A stretch of DNA of 64,000 nucleotides from an uncultured Acidobacteriota bacterium (GTDB lineage Bacteria; Acidobacteriota; Thermoanaerobaculia; Multivoradales; UBA5704), in NCBI GenBank assembly GCA_963700145.1, contig OY969474.1, positions 1,856,001 through 1,920,000 of the forward strand, given 5' to 3'. The number at the start of each line of letters is the position of its first letter. Within the stretch, counting starts at the first letter, position 1. The position numbers were made by a program, and so were the translations under genes. The notes under the pieces were generated by a model, which was not told the origin of the DNA, made no database searches, and saw only the letters and a program-made list of their open reading frames with translations. Of the stretch, positions 39,937 to 49,400 are shown piece by piece.

Positions 39937-41532
39937 CTAGGGCCACTCCTGTCCAAGCCGCGCCATCAGCAGGGCGTAGATCTCGATCCCGTCCCAGAGG
40001 TTCTGCAGGCGGAGGTTCTCGTCGGCGGCGTGCTGGTTGTTGTCGTGGTTGACCATCGGCACGACGAGGAGCGGCGCGTCGAGGACCTCGGCGAAGAGGT
40101 GGAGCGGCAGGCTCCCGCCGAGGGTCGGGGTCTCGATCGCCGGCTGGCCGGTCGCCTCGCCGACGATCGCCGCCACGGCGCGCGACACCGGCAGCTCCAT
40201 CGAGGTGCGCGCCGCCGGGTACCCCTGGTCCCAGACCAGGCGCGCGATCCGCGGGTGGGCGAGGCGAGTCGCCAGATCGGGCGCCTCGCGCACGACGTGG
40301 AAGCCGGCGCCGCGGACGTGCTCCTCGACCAGCGCCTGCACTTTCTCCGGCGTCTGGTCGGGGACCAGCCGGAAGTCGAGCGAGGCCTGCGCCTCGGTGG
40401 GGATGGCGTTGCGCGCCTTCTCGCCGACGTCGCCGGCCGCCAGGCCGCGGACGTTGAGGGCCGGCAGCATCACCCGATCCTGGAGGCGGCCTTCGCCCTC
40501 GCTGCGGGCGAGCCCGACCTCGCGCAGCAGCCCCTCCTCGACGGGCGGCACCGCCGCCGCCGCCCGCCGCTCCAGCTCGGTCGGCGGGCGGACGTCGTCG
40601 TAGAAGCCGGAGATCAGGATACGCCCCTCGGCGTCGCGCATGCCGGCCAGGAGGCCGGCGAGCAGGAGCGCCGGGTTGGGCGCCCAGTTGCCGTAGTTGC
40701 CGCTGTGCAGGGCGCGGGTGGCGCCGTAGACCGTCAGCTCCAGCCCGACGACGCCGCGCCCGCCGTAGACGACCTGGTAGCGGCGGGTCGGGTGCACGGG
40801 GCCGTCGGCGAAGATCCAGGCGTCGGCGGCGAGCAGGTCCTTGTGCGCCGCCAGGATCTCGCGCAGGTGCGGCGACCCCGCCTCCTCCTCGGCCTCGAAA
40901 AAGAACTTGAGGTTGACCGAGGGCGCGGCGCCGGCGGCGCGCAGGGCGTCGAGGGCCGCGAGGAGGCCGACGATCGGCCCCTTGTCGTCCGAGGCCGAGC
41001 GGGCGAAGAGCCGCCACTCGGGGTCGAGGGGCCCGGCGACGGCGGCGAGGTCCACGGTCTCCGGCACGGCGCCGCCGGCGGCGGTCGGCAACGGCCCGGT
41101 GCGCAGGACCGGCTGGAACGGGTGGCTGCGCCACTGCGCCGGGTCGGCAGGCTGGCCGTCGAAGTGCGAGTAGAAGACGACGGTGCGCGTGGCGCCTGGC
41201 GTGCGCAGCTCGCCGTAGACCGTCGGCGGCGCCTCGCCGGTGCGCAGCACCCGCGCCGCGATCCCCCGCCGCTCGAGCATCCCGACCAGGTGCCGCGCGT
41301 TGGCCTCGATCTCCTCGCGGTTGGCGGCGAGGTTGGGGAGGGCGAGGAGATCGGCGAGCTCGCGCACCACCTCCTTCTCGTGCGCCGCGCGCCAGGCGCG
41401 GACACGGTCGCGCAGCGCCGCCGCGTCGCCGGCGGCACCGTTCGCGCCGGCAGCACCGGCGCCGAGGAGCGCCTGCACGGCAACCAGGAGCGCCGCCGGG
41501 CCGAATCGTCGGAGTTGCGTCAGTGACGTCAT
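39937..41532 (-). CDS. M20/M25/M40 family metallopeptidase
   Basis: Signal peptide; YSHFDGQP, ARSASDDKGP, EAEEEAGS, HSGNYGN, NNQHAADEN. Confidence 0.9.
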   Translation of the reverse strand: MTSLTQLRRFGPAALLVAVQALLGAGAAGANGAAGDAAALRDRVRAWRAAHEKEVVRELADLLALPNLAANREEIEANARHLVGMLERRGIAARVLRTGEAPPTVYGELRTPGATRTVVFYSHFDGQPADPAQWRSHPFQPVLRTGPLPTAAGGAVPETVDLAAVAGPLDPEWRLFARSASDDKGPIVGLLAALDALRAAGAAPSVNLKFFFEAEEEAGSPHLREILAAHKDLLAADAWIFADGPVHPTRRYQVVYGGRGVVGLELTVYGATRALHSGNYGNWAPNPALLLAGLLAGMRDAEGRILISGFYDDVRPPTELERRAAAAVPPVEEGLLREVGLARSEGEGRLQDRVMLPALNVRGLAAGDVGEKARNAIPTEAQASLDFRLVPDQTPEKVQALVEEHVRGAGFHVVREAPDLATRLAHPRIARLVWDQGYPAARTSMELPVSRAVAAIVGEATGQPAIETPTLGGSLPLHLFAEVLDAPLLVVPMVNHDNNQHAADENLRLQNLWDGIEIYALLMARLGQEWP

Positions 41533-41603
41533 GGCGGCGATTATCCCCCGGACCGACGCCCAGAGCGCGGCGTTCACTCGATCGACTCGAAAGGAGCCCA
41601 CGA

Positions 41604-42089
41604 ATGAAGCCCAAGAACACGATCTGCCTTTGGTTCGACAAGGACGCGGAGGAGGCGGCGCGCTTCTACGCCGACACCTTTCCGGACAGTGAAGTGACCG
41701 CCGTGCACAAAGCGCCCAGTGACTACCCGGGCGGCAAGAAGGGCGAGGTGCTGACGGTGGATTTCACCGTCCTCGGCATCCCCTGTCTCGGCCTCAACGG
41801 CGGGCCGGAGTTCCCGCACAGCGAGGCGTTCTCCTTCCAGGTCGCGACGGACGACCAGGAGGAGACGGATCGCTACTGGAACGCGATCGTCGGCAACGGC
41901 GGCCAGGAGAGCCAGTGCGGTTGGTGCAAGGACCGCTGGGGGCTCTCCTGGCAGATCACCCCGCGCACGCTGACCGAGGCGATGGCGGCGGGGGGCGACG
42001 AAGCCAAGCGCGCCTTCGAGGCGATGATGCCGATGCGGAAGATCGACGTCGCAACCATCGACGCGGCGCGGCGGGGCGGGGCGGGCTAG
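41604..42089 (+). CDS. VOC/PhnB-like (3-demethylubiquinone-9 3-methyltransferase family) protein
   Basis: CLWFDKDAEEAARFY, LNGGP.F, QEETDRYW, CGWCKDRWGLSWQI; AAGGAG RBS. Confidence 0.9.
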   Translation: MKPKNTICLWFDKDAEEAARFYADTFPDSEVTAVHKAPSDYPGGKKGEVLTVDFTVLGIPCLGLNGGPEFPHSEAFSFQVATDDQEETDRYWNAIVGNGGQESQCGWCKDRWGLSWQITPRTLTEAMAAGGDEAKRAFEAMMPMRKIDVATIDAARRGGAG

Positions 42090-42170
42090 TTCCTTCTCGG
42101 CCTGGAGAAGGTGGCGCGTAACGCTCGCCGGAAGCCCCGGAATGTCCCCGCGCGACCTTCAGACGCCCCG

Positions 42171-42422
42171 GTGGGGGTCCTCCCGGGACCTCGGAACCTC
42201 CTGCGCGCCCTCCGGAACCTCCTGCGCGACGCCGGGAATCGATTGCGCGACGCCGGGAACGGGTTGCGCGCGCTGCGGAACCTCCTCCGAGCCGCTCGGA
42301 ATAGGTTCCCGGCGCTCCGCAACCCATTCCCCGGCCCGCGCAACCCATTCCCACGCTCCGGGAAAGGGTTCCGAAGCCACCGCAGGAGGTTCCACGCCTC
42401 CCGCAGGCCATTGGGCGCCGCT
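42171..42422. repeat. Second tandem array of about 12 degenerate 21-bp units
   Basis: CGGAACCTCCTGCGCGCCCTC, CGGAACCTCCTGCGCGACGCC, GGGAATCGATTGCGCGACGCC and others at a 21-nt period. Confidence 0.85.
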
Positions 42423-42449
42423 TGGCGGGCGTCGCGGAGCCTCGAACCC

Positions 42450-42882
42450 TCAATCCCCGCCGCTCGCCGCTCCCTCCTTGAGCCAGGCGCTGGCGTCCAC
42501 CAGGGCTCTTTCGGTGGAGGCCCCGAAGACGGTCGAGGCGGGCACTAGCGAGACCGACCGATCGAGCTTGCCGCTGCGGCGGAGCTGGGCAGCGACGTCG
42601 GCGTGCACGCCGCTGAGGTAGAGCCGCCCGCCGACCCCCGCGAGGTCGTCGGCGTAGTCGTCGAGCACGTCGACCAGCGTCGCGCCCACCTCGGTGCGCC
42701 CCCGCAAGCGCAGCACCACCACGGGCCTCGTCGCGCCCCGCGGGGTCGGCAGCGCGTCGGCGAGCGTGCGCGCGCCGGCGAAGAATAGGCTGCCAGTCAC
42801 GCCGAGGACCGTCACAGTGTCGCTCGCCAATCGCGCTGGCGGCTCAGCCTCCGCGAAGCGACCGTCCTTGAGCCGGACGATC
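42450..42882 (-). pseudogene. C-terminal STAS fragment of a SulP-family transporter
   Basis: VTVLGVTGSLFFAGA, VVVLRLRG, GATLVDVL, GGRLYLSGV; no transmembrane domain upstream. Confidence 0.7.
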
Positions 42883-42947
42883 AGTTGCCGCTGTGCAGGG
42901 CGCGGGTGGCGCCGTAGACCGTCAGCTCCAGCCCGACGACCCCGCGC
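42883..42947. repeat. Direct copy of an internal M20 peptidase segment (40695-40759)
   Basis: 58 bp are identical (AGTTGCCGCTGTGCAGG...GCCCGACGAC); 65 bp match with one mismatch. Confidence 0.9.
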
Positions 42948-43001
42948 GGGGTCGGTCGAATCGAAGGCGGCGACCCAGATGCTGGCGTCGAGCGCGAGCA
43001 A
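42948..43001 (-). pseudogene. 5' stub of a PIN/VapC toxin
   Basis: LALDASIWVAAF..DP (the PIN N-terminal Asp motif) lies directly after the antitoxin and is then interrupted. Confidence 0.55.
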
Positions 43002-43004
43002 GGC

Positions 43005-43277
43005 TCAGCGCCTGTCCAGCCGGCTCCGGTCGGCGGCGAGGATTTCGGTGGCCGATGGCTTCGGCGGCAGGCACCGAGTCGCTGACTCTCCGAGCTTCAC
43101 CCACTCGTCGTCCCACTGCGCCATTGCCTGGACCTCGGGAGGACCCGCTGCGCGTCGCGCGCCGAGCCCGGCCCGCACGAACTCGGGAACCAGCTCCTTG
43201 AGCTTCTTCTTCTGCCGAGCGGCCTCGATCCTGACCTCGACCGCCAGCTCGTCGGGAAGCTCGATCGTCGTCTTCAT
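43005..43277 (-). CDS. VapB-like ribbon-helix-helix antitoxin
   Basis: MKTTIELPDEL...A......LKELV...VRAGL; acidic and basic tail ATEILAADR. Confidence 0.75.
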   Translation of the reverse strand: MKTTIELPDELAVEVRIEAARQKKKLKELVPEFVRAGLGARRAAGPPEVQAMAQWDDEWVKLGESATRCLPPKPSATEILAADRSRLDRR

Positions 43278-43352
43278 GCCAGCCATTTCCCCATAGAACG
43301 AGCGCCCTTGCGGATCGCTGAACCGGCGAGAAATCAGTTGCTGTGGGTGGGA

Positions 43353-43383
43353 ATGGTCGGCCTTCCTGGACAGATTTGAACCG
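43353..43383. mobile_element. att-like remnant 1 (resembles a tRNA 3' end in reverse)
   Basis: ATGGTCGGCCTTCCTGGACAGATTTGAACCG; the first 20 bp are identical to 44974-44993. Confidence 0.45.
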
Positions 43384-43491
43384 ATTCCACTCCTCAAGGC
43401 GCTCGACGAGCTCCGCAAGGGGCTTCGGGAAGCCGCTGGCTGAAGGCGCCTCCCTCGATGGCTCACCGGTGGGAGGCCAGCGAGTCCCACG

Positions 43492-44121
43492 TCACCCCAG
43501 CTTCAGGGCAGCTGCGACGATCGCCTTGGCCCAATCCGGGGTGGCCCTGAGGTCGGATGGCCCGACAATTCGGCCGCGCTCCAGCTGCAGCACCAGGACC
43601 GGTTCCGGCGCCCGGCCGGTAGCAGGATCGGCCTCGGCGCTGTTGTCGAACACCGCCAGCCCGGTGAGCCGGGGCATCAAGCGGATCAGGTTGATTTGAC
43701 TGCTCGTGTAGCGCCGGCGGATGTCCGCTTCCGGAATGTCATGGCCGCCCCTGCGCACGCGGGAAGCCACGCGCCGGATGTGCAACTCCGGGCTGCTCAG
43801 CCCGGCGTACCACACCCAGATCTCCCGTCCGGATTCGGCGGCCTGCTCGAGCAGCCCCACGATGGTGCTCCCGCCGAGGGTTGTCTCGAAGGTGTAGTCC
43901 TCTCCGCTCTGGATCGCCGCCCGCAACCGCTCGACGCCCTCCTGCCAAGCCAACGCATTCGCTTCGGCCAGCGTGAGCGCCGGGCTCACCTCCAGGATTC
44001 GCCGCGCCGCCTCGTCGGGATTGAAGTACTGGCCGCCTTCGCCGCGGACCATCTGACCGGCGATGCTGCTCTTGCCGGCGCCGTTGGTTCCCGCCAGAAC
44101 GGAAATGCGGCCCTTAGCCAC
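43492..44121 (-). CDS. Zeta-toxin-like P-loop ATPase/kinase
   Basis: AGTNGAGKSS, FNPDE, FETTLGG, RVASRVRRGGHDIPE.DIRRRY, FDNS. Confidence 0.85.
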   Translation of the reverse strand: MAKGRISVLAGTNGAGKSSIAGQMVRGEGGQYFNPDEAARRILEVSPALTLAEANALAWQEGVERLRAAIQSGEDYTFETTLGGSTIVGLLEQAAESGREIWVWYAGLSSPELHIRRVASRVRRGGHDIPEADIRRRYTSSQINLIRLMPRLTGLAVFDNSAEADPATGRAPEPVLVLQLERGRIVGPSDLRATPDWAKAIVAAALKLG

Positions 44122-44464
44122 CGCGGGCGGCGCCCTTCACGGCCGCGCGCCCCAGCTTCTTCGACGTTGCCTGGAACAGCGTATCCACCGCCTTGCGGGC
44201 CTTGGGCGTTTGCATGGCCGCGACCAGCTCATCGAACTCGCCGCGCAACTGCGCGAGCGGATCCGGAAGCCGGCGCAAGAGCGCCTCGTACTCTTCCAGC
44301 GACAAGATCACTGCGCGAGTGTGGTTCTGTCGCGTGATGGCCACGATGCCGTCGGCGATGGCGGCATTCAGGATCGCGCCGAACGACTTCTTCGCGTCGG
44401 TGGCACTGAACGCCTCGACCTCGACGGGGCGGCCAGATGGGTGGTTGAGGGTCAATACAGTCAT
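44114..44464 (-). CDS. Phd/YefM-family antitoxin
   Basis: FSATDAKKSFGAIL......VAITRQN...AVILSLEEYE; overlaps the zeta-like gene. Confidence 0.85.
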   Translation of the reverse strand: MTVLTLNHPSGRPVEVEAFSATDAKKSFGAILNAAIADGIVAITRQNHTRAVILSLEEYEALLRRLPDPLAQLRGEFDELVAAMQTPKARKAVDTLFQATSKKLGRAAVKGAARGG

Positions 44465-44487
44465 TGTCGCGCTCCTCACGTCTGACG

Positions 44488-44528
44488 CAGAATAGCACAC
44501 TATGGGTATAAAGGGTAATATGGGTAAA
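44488..44528 (-). promoter_or_regulatory. TA promoter with operator-like repeats
   Basis: Minus-strand TGCTATTCT extended -10; three GGGTA-core repeats at a 9-bp period (TATGGGTA twice, AAGGGTA once). Confidence 0.45.
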
Positions 44529-44565
44529 CGGCTCCAGATCGACGCACCGCTCCGACGCTGCGTTC

Positions 44566-44893
44566 GTGCTCGCCGAGGCGGCGCACAAGGGTGCCGACGT
44601 CGCCCCCGCGCTGCCGCACTTCGCGCCTCTGTTGGGCGCCGATGCCAGCGCCCGGTGGGTGCTCGATGCGATCAAACAGGCAGCCTGGAGGGGGGGCCAA
44701 CGTGGCGGTCCTGCTGCCGGAGCTGATCGCACGTCTGAGCGAGCGCAAGGACGTCGACCGAGTCGTCTACGTGCTGCACGCGCTCCAGGAGGACGGGGTC
44801 GACATCTCCGCCGCCTTCGAAGCATTGCGCGCGGTGGCGACACCGGGGAGTCACGCCAGCGCGCTGCTCGAGCGCGCGGGCCAGCAGGTCTAG
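44566..44893 (+). pseudogene. Frameshifted helical-repeat protein fragment
   Basis: GADVAPALP / GANVAVLLP / GVDISAAFE repeats are split across two frames by a G7 run at 44690-44696. Confidence 0.4.
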
Positions 44894-44973
44894 ACGCGAC
44901 CGAGGAGGTTGGTCCGCGCACGTCTCTGCTGTTCAACGAAAATAGCGGAGGAACCGGTGCTACTTGTAGGGAG

Positions 44974-45005
44974 ATGGTCGGCCTTCCTGGACAAATTTTG
45001 AACCG
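44974..45005. mobile_element. att-like remnant 2, immediately upstream of repA
   Basis: ATGGTCGGCCTTCCTGGACAAATTTTGAACCG. Confidence 0.45.
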
Positions 45006-45061
45006 GTCTCCTTCCTTAAGTCACTGCAAACACTACGCGAGGACCTCGCCAGGGAGGCGGC

Positions 45062-46012
45062 TTGAGCGCCCTGGGGGCGCTCGAGCTGCCATTCGACGGA
45101 ACCGCAGAGGAAGCGGGACCGCCACAGTTTCATCCAACACCTGTTGAGCGAGCCCCACGCCGCGGCGGCAGTCTCATCCGCCGAGCGCTCCTCCTCGACC
45201 AGGAGGACGCCTACTCCGCCGGCGAGATCGGCTTCCTCGCACGCGCCTTGGTGCAGGCGACCCTGCCGCACAGCGACCCCAAGTCCAACGAGTTCGTCCG
45301 CCGCAACGGCCATTTGACCCTGTCGATCCTGGCGCCGAGGAACGTCGGCCTGCCGTACGGGCGCTATCCCCGCCTTGTGCTCGCCTACCTCAGCACCGAG
45401 GCAGTGCGGCGCAAGACAAGGCGCATCGAGCTCGACCGGCACTTCTCCCGCTTCTGCGGAGCCCTCGGCATCCCGGCGACCACCGGCCCGCGGGGCTCGC
45501 TGCCCATGCTGCGCGAGCAGCTCCAGCGGCTCTTCGCCTCGACCTTCCAGTGCATCTACCACTGCGAGGGCGAGGCGTGCCATGCCGCTGAGGGATTCTT
45601 GATCGCCGAGAAGCGGGCTCTCTGGTGGGACTCGGGCGACGGCGATTCCGGGAGTGGGTCTTACGTCGAGCTCTCGGAGCGCTTCTTCGTCGAGGCGACC
45701 GAAGCGCCGGTGCCGCTGGACATCCGCGTGCTCCGCGCGCTCCGCTCGCCATTCGAGATCGACCTCTACGTCTGGCTCACCTGGCGGTTCTTCCGCCTGC
45801 GACGACCAGTAACCATCCCCTGGGAGTCGCTGATGCTGCAGTTCGGCTGCAGCTACACGAACCCGCGCCACTTCCGCAAGCGCCTCCTCGACTACCTCCG
45901 CAGCGTCCTGCTCTTCTATCCAGAAGCGCGCCTGGAGGCCCGGGCGACTGGGCTTCTGCTGAAACCATCGCCGACGCACGTACCCCCGCGCGTCCTGCCG
46001 ATGAAACTGTGA
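45062..46012 (+). CDS. repA: Plasmid-type replication initiator (RepA_C / pBBR1-like)
   Basis: GFLARALVQATLPHSDP, FVRRNG.LTLSI, GLPYGRYPRL.LAYL.TEAVR, LREQLQRLF, PVPLD.RVL.AL, DLYVWLTWR, IPW.SL.LQFG. Confidence 0.85.
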   Translation: MSALGALELPFDGTAEEAGPPQFHPTPVERAPRRGGSLIRRALLLDQEDAYSAGEIGFLARALVQATLPHSDPKSNEFVRRNGHLTLSILAPRNVGLPYGRYPRLVLAYLSTEAVRRKTRRIELDRHFSRFCGALGIPATTGPRGSLPMLREQLQRLFASTFQCIYHCEGEACHAAEGFLIAEKRALWWDSGDGDSGSGSYVELSERFFVEATEAPVPLDIRVLRALRSPFEIDLYVWLTWRFFRLRRPVTIPWESLMLQFGCSYTNPRHFRKRLLDYLRSVLLFYPEARLEARATGLLLKPSPTHVPPRVLPMKL

Positions 46013-46091
46013 CGCTCGAAGGCGTGGCGGCTGGAAGCAGGAGCCGCGAGGCCGCGCTGGCGGCCGCCGTTGGTCTGTAAGTCTCGGTTCC

Positions 46092-46240
46092 TCAGACACC
46101 CGCCGCCGGGTAAGGAAAACTCGATGGCGCCGCGAGGCCGAGCTCGGACACGTTGCGGCGCAGAGCAGCGTCGGAAGCGGCATAACCCCAGTTGATCAGC
46201 CGCTCCTGGAGAACGCGCGGAAGAGCGGCGACGGCAGCGG
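46092..46240 (-). pseudogene. Probable C-terminal remnant of a patatin-like phospholipase
   Basis: LQERLINWGYAASDAALRR....PSSFPYP resembles the end of bacterial patatin proteins (from recollection); no catalytic N-terminal part is present. Confidence 0.4.
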
Positions 46241-46464
46241 AGCGCAGGGGGCGCATCGTAGTGGTGATACGTGCGGGTTGTGAGGGTTTCAGCGCGGCCA
46301 CCGACCAAGTCGAGCCCGGATTGTGCTATCGCGACGAGCGCTGCGCCTCAGCCGACACCGGGAAGCGACTGCTGCGTCGGCTCGCCAGGCGCCGCTCGCC
46401 ACCGACACGCGCACCTGCGCCACCACCTGAACGAGCCGGGTGCGAACAAACGAGTTCCGCGGCG

Positions 46465-49400
46465 CTACACCGTGAGCTCATTCTGCTTCAAGTTCACCAA
46501 CCCCGAGGAGTTCACGACCAGGACCCGGAACCGATGATAGAAGGGGTTGCCGGCGCTGTTCTCCTTGAGAAGGACGCCCGTTCCGAGCGTCGTGTCCTGC
46601 AGCTTTACCTGCATGACCGCCGCATCGCCGACGGAGGCGATCTTCACCCACATTCCGACATCGTTCAGTTTGTAGAGGTGGTAGGTGCCGTTGTACGTCG
46701 TGCGCGGCCAGCTCAGTTGCACGTTCGCGTACTGGAACGGATGCGTGAGCGACAACGGATCAGACGTCATGGTGATCTGCGGAGGTTCGGGATTGACGGT
46801 GTCCGCTACTCTCGCCGTGGCCATCTCCGAAGGCTTCGACGGGATCCTCTCCGGCAGTCCCTGTTCGTTGATGATGCTGCGGAAGGCGAGAACGCGGTAG
46901 TGGATCGGCTGCGCGAACGGAACGTAGCCAAGGTCGGCGAAGTCGTCGAACACCGGATCGCCTAGCATGAACTCCCTCACTTCGGTCATCGTGCGGACGT
47001 TCAACGCATCGTCGGCGTCGAGAGAGCGGTACAGCTTGTAGCTGGTGACGCCTTCGCTCGGCAGGTAACCGCTTAGCAGGAAGTCGACCCGCGGCGTTGC
47101 TCCCGCTCCATCGTCGAGTTGCGCCGTCACCTTGCGGATCACCGGCGCCTCGGGCGGCGCGGCGTTCACCAACTGCACCGGGCCGGTGATCGGGCTGCGC
47201 GCGCTCACCTTCATGGTGCTGCTCAGCTCCACCGCGAAGTAGAAGTAGACGTTGGTCGAGGCGCCGTCGATGGTGTAGTCGGTGATGCGGACCCACCGCG
47301 TGTTCGTGGCGCTGCCGTGGCCGGGATCGCCGTCGTGCATCACGTCGCCGTTGGCGTTCTTCTCGTAGCGCACGGCCATCGGCCACGGATCGGCGTCGTC
47401 CGGTGGGAGGCGCTGGCCGTTGGGGCTGCGCAGCTTCGGCGGGCGGCCTGACGTCTGGAGGGTCTTGTCGTTCAGTTGCTGGTAGATCAGCGGCAGCTCG
47501 GTGATCGGGACGAACGCCTTCTCGACCGCTTCCTGCACCACCGACTTCATCGTCCGCCCGCCGGTTCCCGGCACGACGGCGCTGCTGCCGGGAGGCGTGG
47601 TGTTGTTCAGCGCGAAGGGGAAGACCGGCGGGTCGAGCGACGGATCGGGAATGACGTAGGTGTCGTCGTTGGGGGGAGGAAAGCGAAAGCCGTCCAAGAC
47701 GTACTGGACGAACTCGTCGTTGGCGTCGGTGACGACGTGCACGAGGTCGCTCCACCGCTGCGGCTCGAATGTCTTCTCGAAATCCGACATGCCCTCGAGC
47801 CGTGCCACGATCTCGCGGGCCGTCTTTGGCTCATAGAGCTGATCGATGATCTTGCGGTCATTCGCCTTGTAGAAGACGAGCGCGTACGGATCGTCGACCT
47901 GGACGTCGACGGTGAAAGTCGCCTTGCCGAAGAAGTTGGGCCGGGTGGCGAAGAGCGGTCCGCGGAGCGGCCCCGGCGCCACCGGCTCGCGCAGCTCCTG
48001 CGCCAGGATCACGGCCGGCTTCGACATCCGCGACGTCAGGCTGGCGGCGGTCGCTCGCGAGCGAACCGTGAAGAGTGTCTGCCGCGAGCCCTCGCCGCGA
48101 GCGGGGAGAACGGCGGGCTCGCCGAAGTTGTGGCCGGGCGTGGTGACGTCGGCGGTCAGGTAGACGCGGTACGAGGGATGGAAGTTGACCGCCACGCTGC
48201 CGGTCTGCACCGGAACGTATCCGTCGACCGGAACGAACTGGGTTCCGGCGAGCAGGAACTTCCCGGAAACGGGATCGCGCTGCAGGCCGAGCTCGGCGTC
48301 GTACGCGATCACCTGCAGAGTCGCTCCGCTGTTGTCGACGTTCCACACCCGCAGCACCTTGGTCTTGCCGTTCAGATCCGGCAGCCGAACGATGCCTTCG
48401 CAGAGCTCGACGTCGGGATCGCTGCTGGCGGCGAGCTGCCGATTGGCCAGGGTGATGGTGTAGGCGCCGGAGGGGACCGAGGACGGCCCGCCCGCCGGAA
48501 TCGCCGCGACGACGCCGGGATCGAGGTCGGGAATCGCCACCACCGTCGCCGAGTCGGCGATGCCGCCAACCACGACGCTCCGGCCCTGGCCGTCGTTGTT
48601 GACGATGAACTCCATGAACGGCGGGGAGAACTGCGCCAGCGACACTTCCTTCGTCAGCTTGGTATCCCATACCGCCGGGTTGTCGAGGTTCTCCGCCATC
48701 AGGAAGCGGTCGCCGGCGTGCGGGCTGCTCCACTTTTCGACCGTGCAGAAGGAGTTGTCGTGGTCGGCGTCGACCGACGCCGTGGTGCGGATCTGCTGCA
48801 ACACCAGAGTCGGATTCGGTCCACTGCTGGTGACCGACTCGACCACCCACGACTGCCCGTTTGCCGTCAGGCGGGCGCCGACGTAGCGCTGAACGTCGGC
48901 GGCGGCGATCTCCGGCTGCACGATTTGCGGCGGCTTGGTGCTGGCGATCGGATACGACTTGGTGGTCACCGTCGTGGTGTGCGTCGACGGGTGGTCGGCG
49001 ACCGCCGCGATCTCGCCGCGCACCACCTGTGGCGGGAGCGTGCGGAAATAGAGCTCGACCGTGTCGACGCCGAAGTAGGCGCGGTTCTGGACGTCGTTCC
49101 AGTCGAAGGTCACGCGCAACAGCGTCTGGTCGCCCGCCGGCAGTTGGGCCAGGCGCAGCTGCTCGTCGGCCGAGGTGAAGATGCGCGGCTCCTCCTTCTG
49201 AATGAGCTGCACGGCGAGGTTCGACGGCGGTAGCAGCGTATTGCGCGGCGCAAACACCGTGGCGTCGGTCTGCACCTCGTTCGACGCCCCTGCCGTGCGC
49301 GAGAAGATGTTGATGCTGTAGAGCTGGTAGTGGTGCACTCCCGCGGACCGCTCGCCATGCGTGTAGACCGGATTGCTGCCGCGCTCCGGAATCGGCGCCA

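Noticed and set aside
43353-43383. Possible intact tRNA gene
   Set aside because: Only a distorted 3' fragment is present, with no D-arm or anticodon arm; it is kept only as an att-like remnant.
46300-46460. Possible transposase or ncRNA fragment after the giant operon
   Set aside because: No recognisable motif, terminal repeat or convincing structure.
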